Of a stretch of DNA of 37,378 nucleotides, positions 28,175-36,325 are shown in pieces. Under the pieces are notes generated by a model that worked only from the letters and a program-made list of their open reading frames with translations, did not search any database and was not told the origin of the DNA. A program made the position numbers and the translations under genes. Source of the stretch: a virus (lineage: Duplodnaviria; Heunggongvirae; Uroviricota; Caudoviricetes); IMG/VR virus record IMGVR_UViG_2667527994_000015; one strand, given 5' to 3'. Positions within the stretch are counted from its first letter, which is position 1. Each line of letters starts with the position of its first letter.

Positions 28175-29374
28175 TCAACCTTCCGCTATCTTTTTTGTGG
28201 ATGCAGCTTCAGATTCTTTAATGGATGCTTCCTCAGCATATTTTACTTCACTAATCAAATCATCACGAATTTTGTTTATTTCATCCAGTAAAAAACGCGC
28301 TGAATAATGCTCAAACCCATCCGAATCTTGAAGAGGAAGTTTAGTCCTGGCTACATAGCTACTGAGCCAAACCGGATTAGCACGATCAGCCAGTAAAAAA
28401 CCCACATCCCATTCAGACTCTTCACCTCTCATTGAGAAGAGATTTCGAAGCTCATCCGATGATGGTGCACCGTCAATTTTAACTTCAATTTTACGAGGCT
28501 GCTCCAAAACAGGAGGTGCCCCAATAAGCTTATTACGCTTTTCTTCACCCACCAGAGATGCTAAAGCTACACTTGTTAGCTTCAACAATGGTTGCCTTGT
28601 GTCATTTTGGTTTATTACCGTTGTATCCTTTATCAATGTGTGTGTAATTTTATGCCTTAACCTTTCAAAGTTTTCCTCAGCGGCTTTAAGTTTTGTTTCT
28701 TCCAATACAAACTTGAAGATACAGTTTATCTCATTTTTGCCATCTTTATATTGAAACTTAGTATTGTAGACATCCACACAACGACCAGGGGTCTTAGCTG
28801 ATTCAAATGTACGCTTAGATTTCGTTCTTTTACCTAACTTACTATTATTATTTACATGCTGAATGAAGTATTGTGCGAAGAGATAAGTATCAGCGAAAGA
28901 ATGGGGGAATCTGATTGATGCTATTTTATTCAACTCAGGAATAATCCAGTAATAGCAGGGTTCACCCCAAATTATTTTATCCTCACCATGTTCTCTTCCC
29001 GCCCTAATGGTTCCTTTACTATCACCACTTACTTTAGAACCGACCTTAATACCATGTATTCCGTTACCGTTCCCCACTTCACGGTATAAAACAATTACTG
29101 CATCTTTAGTCTGGCTGTCCCTCACAAGGCCTCGACTGTAAACTCGTGTTCGCAGAGGTTGTTCTTCTTTATTCCATGGGAGAGTCTGCTCAAAATTTTT
29201 ATCCTTGAGCCACCCTTCTAAATCGTCCAAAACCCCCATAAGATCGCCGAATTTATAATCAAGCTCTTCGGGTTTATTCTTTAACCGATAAAACCCACAA
29301 GCAGTAATATCAAAGAAGGTGATTGAGCCGTTGTCCACTAAAACTCCTTTTTGCCAAAGCAACACACGATACAT
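28175..29374 (-). CDS. Hypothetical 399-aa protein (accessory operon gene 1)
   Basis: ATG-initiated ORF with no motif I can recognise; AT-rich; translationally coupled to the 4-TM gene; no clear SD. Confidence 0.65.
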   Translation of the reverse strand: MYRVLLWQKGVLVDNGSITFFDITACGFYRLKNKPEELDYKFGDLMGVLDDLEGWLKDKNFEQTLPWNKEEQPLRTRVYSRGLVRDSQTKDAVIVLYREVGNGNGIHGIKVGSKVSGDSKGTIRAGREHGEDKIIWGEPCYYWIIPELNKIASIRFPHSFADTYLFAQYFIQHVNNNSKLGKRTKSKRTFESAKTPGRCVDVYNTKFQYKDGKNEINCIFKFVLEETKLKAAEENFERLRHKITHTLIKDTTVINQNDTRQPLLKLTSVALASLVGEEKRNKLIGAPPVLEQPRKIEVKIDGAPSSDELRNLFSMRGEESEWDVGFLLADRANPVWLSSYVARTKLPLQDSDGFEHYSARFLLDEINKIRDDLISEVKYAEEASIKESEAASTKKIAEG

Positions 29375-29538
29375 TTTTCACGTATACCATCAGAATCGTC
29401 CCTGAACTTCAAGTTACTTATGATAATCAAGAAAGCTGTCGAATGTTGTTGCATAGGCCAAAGTTTCAGGGGAACAAGGCATTCTTAAATCACTTTTCAC
29501 TACCCGTTTCTAACGCCTCACGCGGCTCGTTGTTCAAC

Positions 29539-29573
29539 CTTGCGGACGATAAAAACCAGTTTTATCGTCCGCA
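29539..29573. other. Perfect 15-bp inverted repeat hairpin
   Basis: ttgcggacgataaaa-ccag-ttttatcgtccgcaa, between the dinI-like gene and the accessory operon start; no flanking T-tract, so function unclear. Confidence 0.35.
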
Positions 29574-29580
29574 ACGTTCG

Positions 29581-29814
29581 CTAGTGTAACCAGCTGTCGT
29601 CCTCCCAGACCTTCTGCATAATTTTCATCACTTGTTTTCTTTCTTCGTCCAGTTGCAGTCCGGTCAGTTCCACACCGTTAGAGCTACCTTTGCGGATACG
29701 AATTACCGTTTTGGGATACAGGGGGCGCAGATTGCGGTAAAGCTCGGACTCAAGGGCGTCCAGTGTAGACTGGCTAAACTTCTGCTCTTTATCGATCATT
29801 ATTTCAATGCGCAT
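29581..29814 (-). CDS. dinI: DinI-like protein
   Basis: 77-aa product from the internal ATG (MRIEIMIDKEQ...) with GAGGTG SD; resembles E. coli DinI; downstream of a LexA box. Confidence 0.7.
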   Translation of the reverse strand: MRIEIMIDKEQKFSQSTLDALESELYRNLRPLYPKTVIRIRKGSSNGVELTGLQLDEERKQVMKIMQKVWEDDSWLH

Positions 29815-29824
29815 AAAAGTCACC

Positions 29825-30013
29825 TCAGCTGATGACATCCATTGAGCGGTTGTATTCATGGGTTCTGATTTTTGCCATGAGTTCATCTGTCAGTTCAGAA
29901 ACCCACTGCAGGGCCAGCCCCTTCTCTTCATCACTACACTCACTAGCCGCTACAAGCTTAAGAAAAAAATCAATGCGCTGGAGCTTCAAAGACTCCAAAA
30001 AATAGTCCTGCAT
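29825..30013 (-). CDS. Small SOS-controlled protein, possible Tum-like antirepressor
   Basis: 62-aa ORF with GGAGG SD 4 nt before the ATG and a perfect LexA box about 45 nt upstream; position equals the 186 tum locus; the homology itself is not established. Confidence 0.45.
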   Translation of the reverse strand: MQDYFLESLKLQRIDFFLKLVAASECSDEEKGLALQWVSELTDELMAKIRTHEYNRSMDVIS

Positions 30014-30055
30014 CTTTCCTCCTATGACACCAAAGCAATACTGTATACATAACCA

Positions 30056-30071
30056 CTGTTTATATTTACAG
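30056..30071. promoter_or_regulatory. LexA operator (SOS box)
   Basis: ctgtttatatttacag is a perfect CTGT-N8-ACAG palindrome with AT-rich spacer, overlapping a TATA-rich putative -10 on the minus strand. Confidence 0.6.
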
Positions 30072-30165
30072 TATATAATAATCTTACTGATGTAAAACGT
30101 TTTTTTACGTTCATCAGCCTGATATGCCTGGTATTATTAAGAGCACGAATTGTTAACCCGCGTAA

Positions 30166-32580
30166 TTAATACAGATCCCGCCACTTATCATCTTCCTGCA
30201 AACGCTGGTTCCGATAGAAGATACGCAGGCCTGCTCCTGACGGAATACTGCCACCGCGAAGGAGTAAATCGACCTCTTTCTCGCTGCCATCAAATCCTCT
30301 GGACTTCAGTTCATAGACGAGCTGCTGTCGCTGATGATCTGTAATTCGCTGTTTGTAGTCTCTACGCCGTTTCGGTTTCACCAGGCGTAACCTTGCAGCC
30401 AGTTCCCGGCGCTCTTTTTTGTTCATACTGTGCAGGTAATCGTGCAATTCCTTGTCATCCATGCGGGTGATATCCGTTCTGGTATCCCCATCAGCTGATT
30501 TGTCTTTCCCTTGTTGGTACAAATTTTCAGCAAGGGGACAGTTATTGCCACGAGTCCAAGGGGCGCAAGCGCCCTGGTCGGCTGCCGCCTCCTGAACGTC
30601 AACGGCTTTACGAACCATTTTCCACTTCACTGCATGAGTGCAGATCTTGCCCTCTGCAATGGGTGACCAGATGCCATAAATACGAATGCCGTGATCGCCA
30701 TAGGCGGTCGGCTCTTCGTTGATTTCATAAGCGGTTCTGATGAGGTGATATTTACGGGGAACCAGTACGCCGCCCTGCTTCATGATGTAGGTGGCAAAAC
30801 AACCAGCATCAGCAGCAGCCAGAATGGCATCAAGACGCGGGTTATCCAGTACCGGCGCACCTGCTTTTTTGTCACCCTGTTGCCTTGCCGCCTGACCAGC
30901 CAGCAAGCGAAGTTCACGGTAAGCCTGACGCCCCGGAATACCAAAGAAGCGGAATTGCTGAACACGATGCAGAGACGCCCAGGCATTCACGTATTCAGCG
31001 TTATCACGCAGAGATTTACCCGTTTCCTTGCTGATCTCGCCAGCCAGACCACGACCGTCAATGTTCTTACTGATATATTTCGCGATGTAGCTTGTCGGCG
31101 TTCCTTTGCGCGGGTTAATCAACTCAGACTTAAAGCGCGGCCCAGTGTTATTGCCCAGCTCCTCGCGGTCTTCACGGATGGCAAACTTACGCAGTAATGC
31201 AGTGATGGCACGGCGGTCTTTTTTGCGCATGAAACACAACAGGTGCCAGTGAACTGTGCCATCATGATGCGGCTCAGCCACCCGCACGCCATACCAGCGC
31301 AACCCGGCTTTGTGCATCGCCTTACGAAATGCAGCAAACATGCCGACCAGATAATCGCTGCTTTGTCTTACCGTCGCGTTTGTCCAGGTCGGGTTTGGTC
31401 TGCCGTTATTTAGCGTGGAATGGAAACGCGACGGACAGGTGATAGTGTAGAAAACGGCGCAGTCACCGCGCATTTCCGCGATAAGCTCCAGACCTTTAAC
31501 ACAGGCCATCATCTCATTGCGGCGATGCGCAGGGTTGCTGCTGCTGGCGTTTACCACATCCTCCATGTCCAGCGTGTCGCCGTCTTCGTTCACCAGTTCA
31601 TGAGAACGGAAAAACTCCAGCGACTTACGGCGCTGCTCACGTTTATGCATCACGGCTTCATAGCTGACATAAGGAGATGCTTTTTTGCTGACCAGGCAAA
31701 CAGCGCGCAACTGCTCTTCCCGCCATTCGCAACGCATCTTCCATAATTTCCGATACCACCAGTCGGCGCACAACATACGCGCCAGCGAACCCGGAATGAG
31801 TTCATAGGGCACGGGTTTACGGCGGTTTCTTTTCCGACGGAGTTGCTCAAACGCAGGTGGGATGACATCCAGACGCAGGGTTTCCGCTGCCACCTTTTCC
31901 CATGTCTTGCGGATTTCTTCTGGCTTAACGTCATCGGTGGCATACAAATCACCACAAGCGGCATCAAGGCACATACTCATATGCGCAGCTACCAGGGTGG
32001 ACAGGCGTTTCACCTGATCCTGACTCATTTCAGGCAGGATCAGCAGGCCGTCCAGCCCTTCATGGCTTGCCATAAAGCGAAAAGATGCAGATAGCTGACT
32101 GTCGCGTACATGCTCCAGTCGTTCCAGACATGGCTTAATCGTCTCACGTAAATAGCGGGAATAAGCCTTTGGCCTGCCCAGGCTGCTGAAGTATTCAATA
32201 CGTTGCATCAGCGGCTTGCTGATATGGGAAGGCTGGGCGTTGACGTCCGCCAGAATGACCATGTCTGAATTAAAACGCTGCTGCTCATGCGCCAGCTTTG
32301 CCCGGCTAATGAGCTTATCCTGCTCCATTTCGCGCTGGACAGGATCACGTGATTCATTAAAGAAATAACGCTCCCAGACCTGATCACTCAGTGCCTCGCG
32401 GCGCAACTGTTCCTGCTCGTTATCGGCAGCGTACAGAGTGATCAGGTTTGAAAGCGTAGAAACCGGCGCAACTTCCGCCGGGTCCAGATAAGGGTTAATG
32501 GCCTTTTTCGGGCTGTTCCATGAGAATGCTGCGGCAGCCTCGTTAAAGCCGCAGCAGTTGTTCATATCGGCATGACTCAT
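30166..32580 (-). CDS. A: Replication initiation protein gpA (HUH rolling-circle endonuclease)
   Basis: 804-aa ORF; HUH motif in TVHWHLLCF and tyrosine motif YIAKYISK; overlaps the dam gene upstream. Confidence 0.9.
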   Translation of the reverse strand: MSHADMNNCCGFNEAAAAFSWNSPKKAINPYLDPAEVAPVSTLSNLITLYAADNEQEQLRREALSDQVWERYFFNESRDPVQREMEQDKLISRAKLAHEQQRFNSDMVILADVNAQPSHISKPLMQRIEYFSSLGRPKAYSRYLRETIKPCLERLEHVRDSQLSASFRFMASHEGLDGLLILPEMSQDQVKRLSTLVAAHMSMCLDAACGDLYATDDVKPEEIRKTWEKVAAETLRLDVIPPAFEQLRRKRNRRKPVPYELIPGSLARMLCADWWYRKLWKMRCEWREEQLRAVCLVSKKASPYVSYEAVMHKREQRRKSLEFFRSHELVNEDGDTLDMEDVVNASSSNPAHRRNEMMACVKGLELIAEMRGDCAVFYTITCPSRFHSTLNNGRPNPTWTNATVRQSSDYLVGMFAAFRKAMHKAGLRWYGVRVAEPHHDGTVHWHLLCFMRKKDRRAITALLRKFAIREDREELGNNTGPRFKSELINPRKGTPTSYIAKYISKNIDGRGLAGEISKETGKSLRDNAEYVNAWASLHRVQQFRFFGIPGRQAYRELRLLAGQAARQQGDKKAGAPVLDNPRLDAILAAADAGCFATYIMKQGGVLVPRKYHLIRTAYEINEEPTAYGDHGIRIYGIWSPIAEGKICTHAVKWKMVRKAVDVQEAAADQGACAPWTRGNNCPLAENLYQQGKDKSADGDTRTDITRMDDKELHDYLHSMNKKERRELAARLRLVKPKRRRDYKQRITDHQRQQLVYELKSRGFDGSEKEVDLLLRGGSIPSGAGLRIFYRNQRLQEDDKWRDLY

Positions 32581-33434
32581 GCACGTACTCCGTACACGGC
32601 AGAACTATCCACGCCACGCGAATAATCAAATCCCATCCAGCAGCGCGGCCCGGAAACAGCAATGATTTCTGTTGCTGATTTACCCTCGCCAGCTGCCACA
32701 CCGATGCTGCGTTTTACCTTGATATAGTGGTGAGTAAAATTGCGATACAGCGAACGGATCAGGGATGTGTCACTGTTAGAAACAATGACCGGATGTCCTT
32801 CTGATGACCGATGTTCAAGAACGGATGCCAGGTGATACTGGTCATCTTCAGTGAAACCATCAGTGTGATAACCGGAAAACGTACCGTCATATGGCGGATC
32901 GCAATACACCACATCTCCCGCCTTCAACATCGTCAGCGTTTCATCAAAGCTGGCGCAGATAAACGTTGCTCGCTGGGCTTTTTCTGCAAATGTGCGAAGT
33001 TCTTTTTCAGGGAAATACGGATTTTTATAATTACCGTAGGGAATGTTGAAATGCCCGCTCTTGTTATAGCGACATAAACCACGGTAACCGTGACGATTGA
33101 GATACAGGAAATATACCGCTTTCATGAAATCAGTAATTTCAGTTGAGCAGTTAAACTCCTGCCTTATGTTGTAATAAGCCACCTCCCTGTTTGCGATCTC
33201 AAATAAAACTCTGGCGCGAGATATAAACGATTCACAATCAGCGGCAACCTTTTTATAGAGGTTGATTAAATCAGGATTAATATCCGCAACCAGATAGCTG
33301 GGATAATCCGTTTCCATCATCACAGCACAGGAACCCGCGAAAGGTTCAACCAGTCGCGGGCCAGCAGGAAGGTATTTTTTCAGTTCTGGCATAATGGCGG
33401 TTTTATTTCCCGCCCATTTCAGGATGGTGCTCAT
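32577..33434 (-). CDS. dam: Phage orphan DNA adenine methyltransferase (Dam-like)
   Basis: Start at [11 protein letters not shown]..., N-terminal SAM-binding region (EPFAGS) and DPPY motif; overlaps the upstream gene's stop. The ORF track extends it to 33494. Confidence 0.85.
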   Translation of the reverse strand: MSTILKWAGNKTAIMPELKKYLPAGPRLVEPFAGSCAVMMETDYPSYLVADINPDLINLYKKVAADCESFISRARVLFEIANREVAYYNIRQEFNCSTEITDFMKAVYFLYLNRHGYRGLCRYNKSGHFNIPYGNYKNPYFPEKELRTFAEKAQRATFICASFDETLTMLKAGDVVYCDPPYDGTFSGYHTDGFTEDDQYHLASVLEHRSSEGHPVIVSNSDTSLIRSLYRNFTHHYIKVKRSIGVAAGEGKSATEIIAVSGPRCWMGFDYSRGVDSSAVYGVRA

Positions 33435-33658
33435 ACAGCACCTCCGTTGTAATGTTTGCCTTTCAGTTCTGCGATTTCCTGACAGGTAATGCAAAGCTGC
33501 ACTCCCGGAATGGCGCGGCGTCGTGCTGGCGGAATTGGCGCTTCACATTCAATGCAAAGTACGCGTGACACGCCCGGTGATTTGGCACGGGCTGCACGGA
33601 TATGGCGCTGGCGTTCTTCTTCAACGCGCTGCTGTACGAGATCCATTGCATCAGCCAT
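33431..33658 (-). CDS. TraR/DksA-family C4 zinc-finger protein
   Basis: 75-aa ORF with CIECEAPIPPARRRAIPGVQLCITCQ, a typical TraR/DksA C-terminal zinc finger. Confidence 0.7.
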   Translation of the reverse strand: MADAMDLVQQRVEEERQRHIRAARAKSPGVSRVLCIECEAPIPPARRRAIPGVQLCITCQEIAELKGKHYNGGAV

Positions 33659-33897
33659 TAGTGGATCTCCTGCGCTTCGTTCTGGATTGCTTCAGCAGTC
33701 ACGCGCAGCAGTTCTGCCGCTTCCACGTGGTTTAGCTGGCGGGATGAGATATAACACGCCAGGCTATCAAGGCGAGCAGCCATTGCTTCAGCCCTTGCCC
33801 GGCGTTCTTCCAGACGAGCCTCTGTCAGTAAAATATTAAGCCCTGCGTCATCCGGTCCGGTTTTAGTCGTGAGGGTTTCAATATTACGCATAATCAA
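33658..33897 (-). CDS. Hypothetical early-operon protein
   Basis: 79-aa ORF tightly packed in the early operon; no motif recognised. Confidence 0.5.
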   Translation of the reverse strand: MIMRNIETLTTKTGPDDAGLNILLTEARLEERRARAEAMAARLDSLACYISSRQLNHVEAAELLRVTAEAIQNEAQEIH

Positions 33898-33958
33898 TTC
33901 TCCTGAATTTAGATAAAGGGATGCCCGGCGGGTTTACGCCATTAATTTCATTAGTTGG

Positions 33959-34300
33959 TTAATTCGGCATGGTTAGCCGTCTGGGAAATAAGCTCACCAC
34001 TGCACGAAAATGATTCATTGCTTTAATCAACTCCCGCTTTTCGTCAGTGGTCAGCTCATTAATGCTGATGCTATGACGTTCAGCTGGAATTTTTGCCATA
34101 AAGAATATGGCAGCCAGTGCCCTTTTATTTTGTTCATTATTGATATCCCATGGATCACGCATATCTTTAATAAACCGCTCAAGCTCTGACTCAATATTCA
34201 GGCCAAAAACTTTCGCCCTTAACTCCGCAATGTGATTAAGTCCATTCAGGCGTTCACCGGGGCTTAATGGAACAGTTGCTGCAGTGCCTTCAATAGCCAT
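33959..34300 (-). CDS. Hypothetical early-operon protein
   Basis: 113-aa ORF in the same orientation as neighbours; start uncertain because it overlaps the upstream ORF by 37 nt. Confidence 0.45.
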   Translation of the reverse strand: MAIEGTAATVPLSPGERLNGLNHIAELRAKVFGLNIESELERFIKDMRDPWDINNEQNKRALAAIFFMAKIPAERHSISINELTTDEKRELIKAMNHFRAVVSLFPRRLTMPN

Positions 34301-34464
34301 TTGTTCCCCCGTTTTTTCGTAGATAGTTCTGCCAGCAATTCATCTTGTGAACGGCACGGATGCCAGCGTTTACCATCCTCCCCCATGATCCAGCCGTGAC
34401 CGTAATGCATTGCCGGGCTTTGTTTAACCAGCAGCGATGCAAATGATGGTTCTTTCGTCAGCAT
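34264..34464 (-). CDS. Hypothetical early-operon protein
   Basis: Small ORF after cII, taken from the internal ATG (MLTKEP...); occupies the position of 186 fil/dhr but homology is not established. Confidence 0.4.
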   Translation of the reverse strand: MLTKEPSFASLLVKQSPAMHYGHGWIMGEDGKRWHPCRSQDELLAELSTKKRGNKWLLKALQQLFH

Positions 34465-34471
34465 AAGCACC

Positions 34472-34981
34472 TCACAGCAAACCAAATGAAGCACCGAGGC
34501 CAGTCACGGTATCAACTGCACTCGCCATCGCAGGATTAGCCTGTAAACGGGCCTGCAATGAAACAGCCGCCAGCGCCATCAGTCGTGTTACAGAGTTAAT
34601 GCTGCTGATAGCATCACGACGACCGGCACAGGTTTTTACATCGCCAGACACCGCACCTGCAGCAACACGCCCGATCTCTGCGGTTGCACTCATGACGTAA
34701 TGTGGCAGTTTCTCTTTTGCCACCTCATTAATCGGTACACATGGCAGACAATGAATCTGTGCCAGAAAACCATCTACCAGCGTTGAATCTTCAGTCAGAT
34801 CGGTAAGCAGCCAGATTTCTGGTGCGGTTAATAAATGAGGCTGAGCTGGGTTCAGCTTGTTCCGCAGAATCTGCACATTCATGCCTGCACGTTCTGCCAG
34901 TTGCACCAGATTGTGGCGCAGTGCAAATGCACGACAGGCTTCATCAAAATGTGGATGTTTGGAAACTTGGTAATCAAACAT
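34472..34981 (-). CDS. cII: CII-like lysogeny-establishment transcriptional activator (phage 186 type)
   Basis: Translation from [20 protein letters not shown]... closely resembles 186 CII as I recall it; follows apl. Confidence 0.8.
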   Translation of the reverse strand: MFDYQVSKHPHFDEACRAFALRHNLVQLAERAGMNVQILRNKLNPAQPHLLTAPEIWLLTDLTEDSTLVDGFLAQIHCLPCVPINEVAKEKLPHYVMSATAEIGRVAAGAVSGDVKTCAGRRDAISSINSVTRLMALAAVSLQARLQANPAMASAVDTVTGLGASFGLL

Positions 34982-35013
34982 GGTCAATGCCTCTGATGTA
35001 TTTCAGAATCGAA

Positions 35014-35235
35014 CTAATTAAGGTTTAGATTGCATTCTGAAAGCGCATCAACGGTCATTGCTGCTATGTTGATCATCACTTTTTCGCGTTTTTTATCTTT
35101 GCGCAGACGGTGACGGATAAGGCGTCCATCAGCCAACATATCATTGATGGTATCGATGGATAGCCCTGTCAGCTCGCTATAGCGTTCAATAGTCACATGA
35201 GGCGTGGTAAGAGTGATTGAAATGTTAGGTCTCAT
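35014..35235 (-). CDS. apl: Apl/Cox-like excisionase and lytic-switch repressor
   Basis: 73-aa HTH protein, first gene of the lytic operon, divergent from cI. Confidence 0.7.
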   Translation of the reverse strand: MRPNISITLTTPHVTIERYSELTGLSIDTINDMLADGRLIRHRLRKDKKREKVMINIAAMTVDALSECNLNLN

Positions 35236-35360
35236 GATGCAACATTCCTCGTTTAATGATGATTAATCAGGACGAATACGGATCGTTTGTATTTTGTGAA
35301 CACCATAAACATACGATCGCACAGTGAAATCGTCAAGATAAAAGTTCACTTGGAGTGACC
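35236..35360. promoter_or_regulatory. Lysis/lysogeny switch region between apl and cI
   Basis: Intergenic region with inverted repeat gtgaac (35296..35301) / gttcac (35344..35349); exact promoters and operators not resolved. Confidence 0.4.
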
Positions 35361-35930
35361 ATGAATTTGGAGAAAGGCGGACGAGGCGCCATAGAGCGCA
35401 TGGTAGAAGCTTATGGATTCAAGACTCGACAGGCGTTGTGCGATCATTTAGGAATCTCTAAAAGTACACTCGCCACACGCTACATGCGTGACTCATTCCC
35501 AGCAGAATGGGTAATCCAGTGCGCCCTTGAAACAGGCACCTCGCTTAATTGGCTCACAACCGGGCATGGTTCAAAGCAAACTTCAGGTAATACAAATACT
35601 ATGGAAGTTGCTAAATATGTATTATCTGATGGGGCCTTGTGTGAAGACGGCTTTTATATTTTCGATAGAGAATTTCTACCGTCGGCATTCAAGAATCTTT
35701 TTGTAATCACAGATAATAATTCTGAATTTATTTGTGATAAGGAATTTGATGATATACGTGATGGTAAATGGGTAATAAGTATTGATGGCGAAATAACGAT
35801 CCGTGACATTACTCGTTTACCCGGTGGAAGAATCTTCGTCGAGGGTGGAAACAGAGCCTTCGAATGTAAGATAGAAGACATTGAAATAATTGGTAAAATT
35901 ATAAGTTTAACAGTCAAGTATGTTAAATAG
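35361..35930 (+). CDS. cI: Immunity repressor CI (phage 186 type)
   Basis: ATG 35361 with GGAG SD; N-terminal HTH (MVEAYGF...LCDHLGISKSTLATRY); similar to 186 CI from memory. Confidence 0.8.
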   Translation: MNLEKGGRGAIERMVEAYGFKTRQALCDHLGISKSTLATRYMRDSFPAEWVIQCALETGTSLNWLTTGHGSKQTSGNTNTMEVAKYVLSDGALCEDGFYIFDREFLPSAFKNLFVITDNNSEFICDKEFDDIRDGKWVISIDGEITIRDITRLPGGRIFVEGGNRAFECKIEDIEIIGKIISLTVKYVK

Positions 35931-35945
35931 TACCGGGAGGAAATT

Positions 35946-36137
35946 ATGCTTGGTAAGGTATTTTTTGTGGTTTTGTCATGTTCTTTGTTATTAAACCCAC
36001 TAGCTACCTATGCTAGAAATTATCCCTGCTCAGGGAAAAAGGGAGGTGTTTCTCACTGTACCTCTGATGGCAAATTCGTTTGCAATGATGGAACTATTAG
36101 TAAATCCAAAAAAATCTGTACTAAAAACTCACGATAA
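35946..36137 (+). CDS. Small secreted Cys-rich protein (accessory gene in the cI-int operon)
   Basis: 63-aa ORF with strong GGGAGG SD 5 nt upstream; N-terminal signal peptide (probable cleavage after ATYA, or lipobox-like VLSC); four Cys in a ~40-aa mature part; AT-rich. Confidence 0.6.
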   Translation: MLGKVFFVVLSCSLLLNPLATYARNYPCSGKKGGVSHCTSDGKFVCNDGTISKSKKICTKNSR

Positions 36138-36325
36138 CTTTTGCTTTTATATCTGCGCCTAAAATAAAAATGAGCCACAGGTTAACCGCAAAAGTTACAT
36201 GATCACATAGCAAAAAGAATAGCCTACTTCATTATGGCTTCAGTGAGATGTATGGTCGCAGGATTTCATACATTGACACTGGTTATACATACAGTAAAAA
36301 TGCTCTCTATTGGAGGGCATTTTTT

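Noticed and set aside
29375-29538. Sigma-70 promoter call for the accessory operon (TTGAAG ... TGGTAT)
   Set aside because: The candidate -10 is weak and would leave an almost leaderless transcript; too uncertain to annotate without transcript mapping.
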